NCBI GenBank assembly: GCA_965235115.1
Contig: OZ249436.1
Coordinates: 27,468,001 to 27,532,000, forward strand
Reading direction: 5' to 3'
DNA length: 64,000 nucleotides
Source of the DNA: Laetmonice hystrix
Taxonomy: Eukaryota
The notes beneath the pieces are model-generated. The model did no database searches. It was not told the DNA's origin and saw nothing but the letters and a program-made list of their open reading frames with translations. The position numbers were made by a program, and so were the translations under genes. Positions 50,601-63,200 of this stretch are shown here, one piece after another (position 1 is the stretch's first letter; the number at the start of each line of letters is the position of its first letter).

Positions 50601-53259
50601 GCTGGCGTGGAGCCGCCTGCGTTCACTTACATTAGAGGGTGTAGCCGGTGGCGGGTCGGCTGTTCCGTGACTGCCATCAAAACAGTTGCAGAATCGGTGT
50701 CGGTTTACGTACAAAGGCGGACGAAGGATTTCAATCGAACTGAACAGCACACTTTACACTGTAATCATTCCCAGAAGTATTCACACATGCCTGCTGAGGC
50801 CCTACAACTTCATCAAGAGGCGGGTAACCTAATGACGAGTTTCACCCTTGTCGGCCATTCTCTAAAGACCAATGATATTTTCATTAGAATGATAAATTAG
50901 TGTGTTTGAATAAATGAAAGGCATTAATCTGTCCCGTCTTTGATTGCTTTATTATCCCTTCCTTATAATCCCCATTTAATTTATTTGACCTATCATCTGC
51001 GTTCTCCCCCTCTATCCCTAAGAACCCGCTATACGGCATTAACTATAATAGATCATGTCTTTTTCTACCAGAGTTGTAATCAGTTTTGTCACCTTACACG
51101 TCCATGTTCTTAAACAATGTAACCTTTCTACTGCAATCACAATTGAATTATGACGAGGAAGTCATGTTTAGTCCGTGTCACCGACCTAATTACCATTTCA
51201 TTATACTACTTAGTTATGTATGCTGCAGCCCATTCAGGCCAGCATTAATAACTCGGCAACGACCAAATATGATCACGAATAGAAAAAGATGATTAGCATT
51301 AATTTTCATGTTTGTGTCTTATCTCAATCATAACCAGACTTAGAAATGAACGGGGGAGAGTAAAGCATGTATCAGGGGTTAAAAGGTCAATGATCTGATT
51401 TGCCTCGAGTCCTATATAGTTGATGTAGTGAGTCGTTATTGGTCTGTGTGGTATTGATTGACATTGTGCTCAAACACACTAATCAGTCTCTACTTTCCTA
51501 CATTACTAATAACACACTTGTGAATGTGTAAGGAGTTTATCCTGAGGTTCGAACTATGAAAAGGATTAGCCTACTAATACATGAGGTAAATATTAATTCC
51601 GTATCATGTTTACCTCTCTGTATTTGTTATAAGATATTGATGTCCAGTTTCAAATGATATAATACAATGTACTCTCCGTGATAATAGGGGCGAACATATG
51701 ACAAGACTATCTCCTTTGTTACCCGTGGGCACCATCCATGATGCGTGACCATTAATGTCAAAATATATCTGTGACAATGGGGGTTGTACGTTCACAAGGC
51801 TGAGCTCGCCGATACAAACGGCCATTACCCCTCACCCCCCCCCCCCCCCACACACACACACCAAAAAAACCCTGCTTACCATGCGCTGTAAAAATGGAAC
51901 ATTTATTTCCCTTTTTTTCAGCTGCTCTCGTAAATAAACAGTCCTCTGTCATGTAGTCGTGTGTGGCATAAGCTCATGCCGAAGGCTCGATGCAGCAAGA
52001 CTAATGCAGACAGCGAGGAGCCGGAGTCTTCCGACCATAATGCATATGGACCCAGCCGGCATTTATCAAAATGGCGCAATTGGAATGCTTGTTTTTCCCC
52101 CTCATACCAGTTACATTCTCAATAATGGGATTTTTAATATAATATTAATATTTCAGCTTAATGAATGCAGAGAGTCGGTTAGAGATACAATGGAGACATA
52201 GTTACCGCCTAAATGGAATCCCTGAATCGGGTGTTTCATTGTGAATATTCAGCCAACCTGCTGTTCATGTTTGCGTGGCAAACATCATGTGGCTGTGGAC
52301 TTGATGTTTGAGTGACCCCGCCATACGTGTGTGAGTGACCCGCATACTTGTGTCGGGACCAAGTGTGGCTGGCCGACCAATGGCCTGAGACACCTGCTGC
52401 GGTCAGTGGCCGCATCCATGACCTTCGAGCCTGGCCTCAGGGGATGGTGATAGGTCCAGTCATACAAACCCGAGGGTTGGGGTGGGGGTGGGGGTGAATG
52501 CTAAGACTACCGGCACACGGACAGTCGAAGCCCGTGATGGCCGACAATAGGGCTGGGTGTGAGAAGACAGCAGATGACTATACCAGTTCCCTGTGTCTTT
52601 GCCACCTGACTTCTTGTCCCGATCCCGGGTGGGCTGAGTATACGGTGACAAGCAGGTTGTTTTACACTAATTACCCTACCCCGCGGGAGGGGTGGGGGAA
52701 ACCCCCGTGTGAGAGCAGGATTAAGACTACCTTCCTGAGACCCACAGGTATTAAATCACTGTACATGGATATAGGAGATAACCAGAATAATTCTAGAAAC
52801 TGACACCTTACGAAGCAATTCCTCCCTGTCTAGACCAAAAGGCACAGGAGGATTAAACAAAAGCAGGTATAGGCGTGCTCTACATCTAATGAGATCTTTC
52901 TCGACCACTGCCTCGCTGTCGTCTTTCCATGTCTTGTTGCTGGGTGACGTCTCTTCCCATATAACAGGATGATAATAAAACACTAAGATAAAGGCAATCA
53001 CAACACTTGTCTTATTATGGAAGAAGGGTTGAAAGGTCATCAATATCGCCCTCGACAGCAAAATGTAAAATGACTTCTTTACGAGCTATAAGGCCATATA
53101 CAAGCTCGTACAGTCTTAGTGAAACGAGCCCCTGCATGTCCACTGGCTGATTTTGGTATGGTTGGCCGTGGTGGAAAAAAACAAGAATGCATCGATGTAT
53201 CTTTAAATGTTTTTTGTTGTCACATCTCCCCCCTGCTCGGATTGGTTGATTTAAAGTAG

Positions 53260-53731
53260 ACATTCATATAATACTCCTTATGTTTCGGGGCTCTCCATTT
53301 ATATATGTCGTGTGAATGTTAAATAAAAAACATTCATATAATACTCCTTATGTTTCGGGCTCTCCATTTATATATGTCGTGTGAATGTTAAATAAAAAAC
53401 ATTCATATAATACTCCTTATGTTTCGGGCTCTCCATTTATATATGTCGTGTGAATGTTAAATAAAAAACATTCATATAATACTCCTTATGTTTCGGGCTG
53501 TCCATTTATATGTCGTGTGAATGTTAAATAAAAAACATTCATATAATACTCCTTATGTTTCGGGGCTCTCCATTTATATGTCGTGTGAATGTTAAATAAA
53601 AAACATTCATATAATACTCCTTATGTTTCGGGCTGTCCATTTATATGTCGTGTGAATGTTAAATAAAAAACATTCATATAATACTCCTTATGTTTCGGGG
53701 CTCTCCATTTATATGTCGTGTGAATGTTAAA
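53260..53731. repeat. Minisatellite, 67-70-bp unit, 7 copies
   Basis: Unit ACATTCATATAATACTCCTTATGTTTCGGG(G)CTCTCCATTTATA(TA)TGTCGTGTGAATGTTAAATAAAAA. Confidence 0.98.
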
Positions 53732-54257
53732 TGCATGCCATTTGAAAGATACTACTGATATGAAACCTCTGGTCACTTACGCCGGATGGACAACCGCCAC
53801 CAAGTAATTTGTAAAACCTATTGAACTGAAACGACACAGCGAATCTCCCAGTGGAGTGCCCCACCAATACAACTAATGCCAGCAAGTCCATTAGGCAAAT
53901 GCCGTGTCCCTCTCGCATAGTAATGATTTTTTCCCCGGCAGGCCTTTGAGACAGCTTACAATCGACCAGGTCCCAGTACTTCCGACGGTCCTACCATGGA
54001 AGCGTTAAAAGCGCAAGTCGCAGTCTCGTTGATTTGTCGTCTAGACCTGTGACAGAATAACATCAAGCTCATTTCTCGACAATATTTTCATCATGACGGC
54101 GTAACCCGACAGAAATTCCTATACCATTCCATACAACTTGAAAGTACCCTTTGTGAAAACCATTCATGCAGTCTGTATTTGTCCCGTGGCCCGCGGCAGG
54201 GAAAGCGATGGTTGTTCTCAGTTCTCGTTGGGCCAGTACTGGATGGTCTGTGTAGAT

Positions 54258-54840
54258 ATGATGATGTTTGATGTTTGATGTTTTTTATTCCATAATAACC
54301 CCTCTCGGGGTATGAAGGATACAGATTTATACAGTTGTACAGTACAGTAGTACATTTGCAGATAATATTGTTAGGTACATGTAGGCTATTGAAAATTGAT
54401 CATTATTATTTCGAAAAAGTTGGATAGTTTTTGAGCCATTTCTGGCTTTCCATCTGGAACAGTTGCTTCATTTTTAATGTATTAGGGTGTCTAAAAAAGT
54501 ACGGTTTAATATTCATTTTTCTTTCGTTGTCAAAAAATGGGCATACAAATATATAATGGAATTCATCCCCGATGTCACCAGTTATACACATAGGACACAG
54601 ACGCTCCGATCTAGCTATTCCATCATACCTACCGGTATTGACCGGTAGTTTGTGGGCGCCACACCTAAATCTAGCAAGCTTGGTCCTCGTACCTACATCC
54701 AAAGCAGTTAAATAGTATTCCATCTTATGGTCTTCCTTATACAACCGATAATTAGTACATGAACTGAGGACAGTGATATCCTCCTGCCACTGTTGTTTAA
54801 ACATGTACAGGAGAGTCTATAGTTTATACCGATTTCATTG
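54258..54840 (-). mobile_element. 5'-truncated non-LTR retrotransposon (LINE): C-terminal CCHC region of the RT ORF, 3' UTR and tail; probably RTEX-like
   Basis: ORF 54406-54804 contains LARFRCGAHKLPVNTGRY...ERLCPMC...IGDEFHYIFVCPFF, the typical post-RT zinc-finger-like end of non-LTR ORF2. AATAAA (54284-54289, - strand) is followed by an (AAACATC)n tail. Probable frameshifts lie at both ORF ends. The clade is assigned from recalled motifs, not from a search. Confidence 0.88.
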
Positions 54841-55660
54841 AATTCTCGCCAATGGAAGGTGGGGCGGGGGTTCCCTTTTTAAAATTCATGTCCATCTGCA
54901 ATAAGAATGGTAAGATTTATTATCACGTTATTCAACTTTTAATCTTAAAGTATAGGTCATGGTCGCAACTATGGTCATGGAAAATAGCGTTATAAAATTA
55001 CGTGCTTTCAAATTCGTATCGGTTCACGGCATGTATTCTATTATTTTATTCTCAGTCACGACAGCTTCAAATATCTTCTTTCAAATTCAGCTACGATTGA
55101 CTGTTCCCGTTTTTCGCCTCATCGTCCCGATTTAAAAAGTGGGTGCGATATTTTCTTCAAGACCATTTTAGAACGAGATACGTTTTATTTGCTCGTTCAC
55201 TTCAGTGCATCACAATGGCCGATTGCACATGACTGTGGGGCAGTAATAGTTGTCCTTTTCTCTGCCCTGGCGGAGGTATTCGTGTCGGGTCTTGACGGCA
55301 TGTCTTGGCGCCGTCGGGTCATGTTTCCTTTACTGAGTGTCACAGCGCACATTTAAATGACCTCTTGCAGGTGGCGACTGAACGGTTGTTGGCGATCGCA
55401 CGCGAAGTGGACGGGATAGTGGCAGTAGTCGAGTTTGCTGGCAGCAAGGCAGCGCACCTCTCCGGCACGCACCCTCCTCCCCTACTTGGATGGCAGATTA
55501 GATGTCAATGTCTGTCGACGGGAGGCAATCTCCACACACAAACGCTGCCGCACGAGGCTCGATGAGACATCCTGCTGGCTCGGCGACCCACAAGACCGCC
55601 TACCAGGCTTGTAGAGTTCACCGTGACTTCAGTGTCCGCGCGCTGCTGGGTGTGCTCTTA

Positions 55661-55800
55661 GGACAGGTTCACACAGAGGATTTCCCCCGGGTAATACCCA
55701 GGTCAGTGGTGGTGAGTTGTATGTGAAGATACCAGCTCACCACCACTGACCCGGGTACACATGTATTACCATGGGAGAAATCCTCAGTGTGAACCTGCCC
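55661..55800. mobile_element. 140-bp palindromic MITE, PIF/Harbinger (Tourist-like)
   Basis: TIRs GGACAGGTTCACACAGAGGATTTC / GAAATCCTCAGTGTGAACCTGCCC, with TTA on both flanks (55658-55660, 55801-55803). The interior is also inverted (GGTCAGTGGTGGTGAG / CTCACCACCACTGACC). Confidence 0.9.
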
Positions 55801-55876
55801 TTAGACTAGAGACCAAGCGCTGTTGTTGGCCCGGAACATGTGCGCCTGGCTGTTGTTGCTGGGGTTGGGCCCTTAC

Positions 55877-56082
55877 CATATCTGGTGGTCCCCGAGGTGA
55901 AGAACAAAATAGGGGGAAGGTCATTCGTTCTAACCCCGTCTGCCCTGAAGTAGTTCCAGACGCTTCCAGGCGTAGATTGTTTGGAGAAATACTGGAGGTG
56001 GTCAGCGATTTACTAGGCAATCTTCGACACGATTCGGAGCGAACAAGACCTACATGTAGGCCTACATGTAGACCGAGCACAC
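55877..56082 (-). other. Candidate 206-nt exon ending in ATG (possibly a 5'-UTR or first coding exon)
   Basis: Minus-strand acceptor TTTTTTTTTTAGTTTCAG| and donor ATG|GTAAGG. One frame is open throughout. No recognisable homology. Confidence 0.3.
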
Positions 56083-57062
56083 CTGAAACTAAAAAAAAAA
56101 ACCAGAGAAAGCGAGACCCAAGTGATTCGACCGCCGTCGAGTCTATAGGGAATGCCCCCTTTGGGTCTCCCATTACTAAGCCAATCAGGAACGCCTGTGA
56201 GCCAATTAGTGCACCTTTACTGGCGGTCTCCGCCTCGCATCCCAATCAATAACGTGTAGGAGTCCATGTTCCGCCTCTTCGATATGTAATTATGAATACT
56301 CCAGCTGTTTGTGGTGGTGTTGGTGGTTTTGTTCATAATGAGCAAGGATCCTTTAATATGGCACAGTCCCAGCCTACTCGTGCACAAAGAGGGACCCTTG
56401 ATGAGGAGCCACCAGAATTCATATATCCGAGGAGGCAGACACTGGACGTGAGACATTGACAGAGGCCACGAAACTGTGGTACACGTATAAGTAAATATAT
56501 CTTTATATCAGGAATATGTGTGGGTGACAGGCTAGTATGCAATAATTATATAGAAGTGGCACTTGCTGTACTTTACAATCTACAAGTAATAAGGCAAACT
56601 ACTCCAGTATACAAATAATCAATATATTCATAGAATGTCTTATATATCGGTGATATATCTTGCATGTCAATGCTGTGCATAGTCCTCAGTATATTAAATT
56701 CGGTAGCATGTCTTGACACCCTGCTCTTCCTCTTTGTAATGCTTGATTGTAATTATGCCAATACTAAAGTCAACTGATCGAGGTTGCATACATCGAGATA
56801 CAGTGTTAAAGTATTTAGGTTGCCTGAGTAATAAGAAGTGGCAAGATAATTATGCTTCACAAAACCAAATTGCCAACCCAATTTACTACTTACTACTTGG
56901 TGCCAGTATTCCATCGAGTCCTGCATCGACACAATTTTCCTGGTGTAATTAAAGAGAGGTAATTTAATGTTTTGGCTTCAACGGAAATGTGTACAAGGTG
57001 AAATATGCCCCAAAATTTACCAAGATTACTAATAACACCATCACCTAAACCTATAGGTTAAA

Positions 57063-57098
57063 AACTGTATGGTCATCTAACTGTATGGTCATCTAACT
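57063..57098. repeat. Two-copy 16-bp tandem duplication
   Basis: AACTGTATGGTCATCT x2 followed by AACT. Confidence 0.9.
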
Positions 57099-57099
57099 T

Positions 57100-57250
57100 T
57101 TTATTATTGAGTTTTAACCAATTGTGTCTTAATCAATTCTACCAATGTATTTATACTTATTCATTTTTTAGATATCCTATTGTACCAAATCCAACTATAC
57201 TTTTATGGTTGCTAATAAACATATCTCTTACTCTTACTCTTATACTCTTA
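57100..57250 (+). mobile_element. Probable 3' end (UTR plus tail) of a non-LTR retroposon
   Basis: A T-rich UTR-like tract, then AATAAA (57214-57219) and a short (CTCTTA)n tail. Same architecture as the element at 54258. Confidence 0.5.
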
Positions 57251-60200
57251 AATGCATGCTGTTCCTGATCTACGTCCAAGTCGGTGCTCATTAATCACCC
57301 AGGAATGAATAAATATCTGAGAGTCCCTCACTATTTTCTTTTATTAATTTCATTTCAGATTCTTCTATTCCTGCGTTTGTTGAGGGAGGCCATGGCGTAT
57401 CGGTTTACCTTGGCGTATTTTCATTCGCTCTATTCGCCCTTGTCGACGATTAAAGCGACTTGTATTGATAACGCAATGCGGCAGCATCGTGTGCAGCACG
57501 CCCTTTGTCTGATAGTGTTTTACGCCACATGTGCATCGTCTGACTAGTCATTAGAAGTAGGGTCCGCCAGTCCCGTGCTCCTTTGAACCACACAGGCAGA
57601 TCAATGCCATCTGCAAATTGCCCTGGTTCCCCATGGATTAGAACGCGAGTCGGAGCTGTGTCGGGCGAAATCCTCGCTGCCAGCATGGGCGAACAGTTAT
57701 GTGGCGCAGGTCATGATATGTGGCGACCGAAAGATAAAAGCGCCCGATCTAGTCGAGGCATACACACCGGCCAGTCTAAAGATCCATGATCCCGTCTGTA
57801 AATTGCCCGTCGCGGTATGATCTCTAACGGATAATGTTGGATAATGTCTGAGATCTCGGAATAAAATCCATCTAGCAGATACATAAATGCATAACACGTC
57901 AGCCTTATCGCGGGCGCGCCCCGTACGAAATGCTCCAACCCTTTCCCATTCATAACGCTATCTACTTCAACTGCCTTTCAGTGACCGGCTGCCTCGGCCG
58001 CTCTGCTGCTTCCATCGAGTACGAAATTGCCTGTATTACTCGTGGTCCCAGTGTGGAATCTAAAGATTTGATGTAATAAATCCCGCCCGTGGGCTGGTTT
58101 CGGATTGCTAAAAGCTGCGATATTCATGATTGATATTACAGCCAGAGCGCATCGATCAGCAGGCTGCAGTTTGGCCGAACAAAGGCTTTGTTCGCACTGT
58201 TGGCTGGCACGGGAGACCAGCAACAAGGGCAACTGCTCCAAATCCGGCTGCTCGCCAGCGCTCCATTGTGGGTAGGTTTCCTCGGCAGGTTCGTCAGGCA
58301 CAATGACACTAGACTTGTCTTCTACACTCTCCGGACATATGAGAGGGTATTTGGTTATATTTAAGGTTGTTTTAACGTAATGGACGTATCTCATGTACCA
58401 ATGTGCATGCCATTGCTTTTACAGAAGTGGAATAATTACGAAAGTAGATTGGTTGATTCATTAATGTGTTCGTTTGTATGTACGCATAATACATGATGTA
58501 GTCTCTCGCTCACAGTTTTCTGTAGCGTTGGTATTCAGCTGGCGGTGTCGGATTTCCCCCCAATATGTCCTCTTAGATTAATGCTTCACAGTTCCGAGAG
58601 TATATACTCCTTACAAAGTGCTGTCGAAAGTTAACATGCGTCAAAAATACAGGCCGCCGGCCTTTTACAGCACGCCACAGAAAAGCCTGTATCGATCTAT
58701 GTCATTACATGTCCGTTGAAAGGCCCGCATTGAAGCTAAATCGACCGCGTTTGGCTACACTAATTGGCATGGAGGTATTCAGTGGCGCGGTTATGGAGCA
58801 GCAGCGCTGTCTTGGGCCGATGGCGTTCTGGCAGCGGCTCCAAGCCTCGCTTTGTGCCGGACTGGCGCGGGTCTCCTGAGGTCTAGTCTCCTCCCCCTCT
58901 CTCGGCAACCCCATCTCCACACCATACCAGTCGTCCCTCAGCTACAAAGCCAGAACACAAAGTAATTAAATAGGGATTAATAACGTATGGGACTCATTCC
59001 AGGGGCGAAGGCGGAGAAAATCAATAGGAACGGTATAGAATCGACTTCTGTTGTGGAGCGTGCGGGCCCGGTATATACATATCTAGTACACTATAATGTG
59101 TGCATGTTATCCGACATGCCCCTCACACAGTTTAATAATCACACTGCACCATTTTATCACAAAGGTATGAGTCTGTTCATGAGACCTTTCCAGTATGCAC
59201 CTTTTTTATGAGAAAGATGCTCATCATTACTGTCCACAACCAAGTAATAGTTGTTTACCACAGAGTTTATCTAAAATCCGTCTTGTTGTAAAAGGGAGTT
59301 GATACATATTTTTTTTGCCATCAACCTGACGCACGATAAATTCTGTACTTGTATGCCACTCCATAAAAATAATATATAACCCTACGCATTGATCCATGTA
59401 AATGAATAAATTACATTCCAGTACACCTCGTATTACATCACATCATTTTCAGCTGTCTATATTTTGTTACATTGTACTGCTCTTACCCTGTTACTCAAGG
59501 AAAGAAATAAAGACAACATTACCAATCATAAATAATAATGAACCATAATAATAATGAACTATCACACTAGTATTCTATATCAACGCGTCGAGATAATAAT
59601 TCTTCCTATCCCGAATGTCTGTAAAATAAATGTTGCCTGTCATATCGTTGCCTAAATCATATCTAATAGAAGTCTCATTTTTTGCTCATCGAGGCAATCA
59701 TTCCATTCCATTGGGCTGCGCCAAGCTCCACCGTCAGCCAGGCTGGGCAGCATACGCTCCATCCTGTTAGTGCGTCGACAAGATTGCGAGAAGTGCTCTT
59801 AGACAGATTGACGTAGACAAATTGCCACCGTCCATCAGGCCAAGGGCCTTCTGCATGCAAGACCTTTCCTAATTAGTTCCTGAATACTAATGCTTTGTCA
59901 GATAGGTGTTGGGCTGACCCCGTCATTGTTGGCCCTCCCGAGGCCCCGAGTGTGGCCAAGTGATGGGTGTGGGGGGGGGGGGGGGTAGGGGGTGGGGGAT
60001 GGAGGCAGGAGGCAGGGGGCTGGTGGCCACCCGCCCGTCCACTCTGGCAGTGACTGGCTCACAGTCCGCGGTCAGGTGCTTCTGCTACATTTCCACGCCA
60101 CAATGGCCACCGTCAGGTGCAAATGAAGCCATAATCTGATGACTACTGGCATCAAATCGCGAGATCACCACATGTCTAATACGTTTGACTGTATTGATTT

Positions 60201-63200
60201 TGAGGACAGCCGGCCCTGAAGTGGGCGCCTGAAGTGGTGGTAGGCCTCGTGGTGGTGGTGGTGGGGGTGGTGATGCTGGTGGTGATGCTGCTGGTGGTGG
60301 TGGAGTGGAGAAGACAGAGCGATTCTAGTCGTGTCCAACAGGCACCACCCCTGTCATCCGCCCGTGACCCCCCCCCCTCCCCCACCCACACCCCCACCCC
60401 AACCACCACTCCCTCAGCCCGACTGACCCTTTGCCCTGCCAGGCGAACCCCCCGTCTGTAGACCCCGGGGCGTTGTCCCATCAGGCGGCCTTCAGACTCG
60501 ATGCTAAGCCGTGCGCGGTAGCACATTGACGGCGGACGACCGGGTGGGTGGGGGTAAGGGGGTGGGGGTACGGGGGTACGGTGGGGGATGAGCTCTCAGG
60601 AGACAGAGTCTGCCTCTGGATGAGAACCCGGCCAAGGCAACATACTCCATACCAAAAAGGAAAGAGGCAGACGGCGTCAACGAAGATGGAGCTAGATGAG
60701 AATAGGGCTCAGGGGATATGGGAAGTAAGTGGGCAGCATGACTAGCTCTGGGAGGGAGAAGACGGGGCTGGGTGGAAAACACAGTCTCGGTAGTTGTCAG
60801 TTTAAGGATAAAGCCCTCCCTGTCCCCCGTGACAGGCACCGGAGATATTCTCCAATGATAATAAACTACATTGTATAGTATATGAGCCGTGTGCGAATAA
60901 CTGTAGCGGGACGGAGGTGGGAGGAAGATTTCAATGCCTAAAGACCTTGCCCACTCATGTCTCCTTACCGCATAGAATATCTGACAAACCCAACATGCCC
61001 TTTTACTCTCTCAGACAAAGCTCATACCATAATTCTACAGAGTCCCGTGTCATTTGGGTTATATTACATTATATATGTCTTCCTGAACATACAATAGTCG
61101 TACACAATTTCCGAATTTAATTAAACATAAGGGATCCTGGCATAATGCACATCATGAGTATAGACTTTGGAATAACACACACTGTCACTAGTTGAAACCT
61201 CCCTGACATTGTAATTAAATGTTACGTGCCCTCTCTATCCCCAAATGTCAACCTCTCAATGGATAATCACGTACATCACTATCGTCTCAGCTTACCGTCT
61301 AATTTTGCCAGGTCGAAGGTCAAAGGTACCCGGTGCTGATGACACGTTAGACATCCGGCCGGAAAGTTCTACCACTGACAAACTACATACGGCCCCTCGA
61401 TGATATTTAAATACAAGTGGGGAGGTCTATAGTCGGTCACACACACAGTACCAAAGTGACGTCTTCTCTCCCAAGCAGGCACGACCAGCCGGCCTGATTT
61501 GACTGTAAATCAGAGTTGTTGACAGGAGACTTAATTAAGCCAAGGTAGTAGCGACAAAGGAGTAGTAATCAGGTCTGCGTTTGTGTTATGAGCCACAGCC
61601 GGTGTATGTCAGGAGCCGCCATGAAGACGTTACGACCTTGGAATACAACGTCATTGCGTTGACAATAATAACGTATCTCTAGGCAGCCCGGCAGGGGAGA
61701 GGTTACATAATAAACTTATTGAAATATGAACATTGAACGTGTGTGGCAGCTCGAGCACAGCGTGGTAGAAAACTGAGACGGAAAGAAACACGACAGTTTA
61801 CCGCACACGATTACATGCTAAGGTACCATTTATCGGAAGTTTGTTTCACGGCACAGAATGATAACTAATGACGCCCTGAAGCATGATTTGCACATAACGG
61901 TCTGAAATAATTGGAAGTTAGACGAGTGAGCGTCCGAACTGGGTCTGCTTGAAGAGCTACCAGAATAAATCATCACAACTTATCGTAGTTACGTACGATT
62001 GTCGATGATAATTACCGTCTTGTATTCGAAACATATCTGTATTCTTATTATTTTTCTTTTGTGCCTGTGCTGAAACCCGCTGACGGTGTCGGATTCCAAC
62101 GTCAACCAATTATAAATATAAGAAGTGACAGCACGTTGCGATCCAAGTCTTCTTTTGATTAACGTTTCTTGTTTGAATGCATCTGTCGCAGTAAGTATTG
62201 CCTTGGAACATTATTTCCCGCGCTATACACCGACCGAAATCGAAGGGCCGTTCGTCTGCTGGCTGAATGGTGGGCCTTGAAGTACGTGGTAACTTGATGC
62301 AGAGACTACAGGCCATGGCCAAATAGGTCTCTTGGTGTTCGAGCACTCTCTACTGAATAGGACGCCCGGCCTACCTACTGGCAATAATATTGACACATGT
62401 CAGAAAGCGGTCTCAATTATTCTTGTCGTGCCTTTAAAAACGCTCGGGGTAATATTGACGAAAAGCACCAGCTTTGTCCCAAGTCGTCTGCGCGCCAACG
62501 CCGGCTGAGATTTCTTTTATTGATCGGGCGTCCCCCTCCCCCCGCCCCTCCACGTACACTGGATGAGACGTGCTGACTGCCTTCCCCCTATCTTTTGCGT
62601 GCTGTGGCTTTGCTTGTTTGGTGGATCGATCGGGAACCTATTCCAATATCAAAGTGTTATTAAAACACTTTTTGCAATTATGTCTTGCTGTGAACAGATA
62701 CCGCTTAAAGTGATAATGTAGTTCACTTACTCGAGTTACTGTTATCATTCCAGTCAGTTCAATTAGGCCTTACATCACAACGTATAAACTACATCATATT
62801 CGCTTGTGAAAAGATGTTTTTTTTACAGTGATGGGCTTTAATATGGGTCCAATACCGTAGCATTTACATATACAGTTTTAAATCAAAACCAACATTATTG
62901 TACGACACCTTATACGACATAGTTAAATAAACCTATGGGCTTATATGTATTATTTTTTTGGACGGGCCTTCATTTGATGCGGATGAAGGAGTTTTACGCC
63001 AAACATTTACTTCATCTTTGAGTATAGATTGATGTGTACACATGCTATTCTTTTTTCGCCTGTTTTCACGAGGGAGAGGTCGGAAGGTAGTATTTACCTA
63101 CTATTTTATCTCCCGGTATTCGGGGTATGCCTGGCGGTACTTGAGACCTGTGCCCCCTTCCTTTCCTTAACCCATACCTCGCTCCGTCCCCAACCCCCCT

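Noticed and set aside
52890..52970. Faint resemblance to an RTE-type C-terminal motif (KTWK...VEKDL) on the minus strand
   Set aside because: Too short, with no other retrotransposon motifs nearby.
57978..58394. 138-aa minus-strand ORF and the other short unique-sequence ORFs in the track
   Set aside because: No recognisable domains or consistent splice structure; lengths are compatible with chance in 64 kb.
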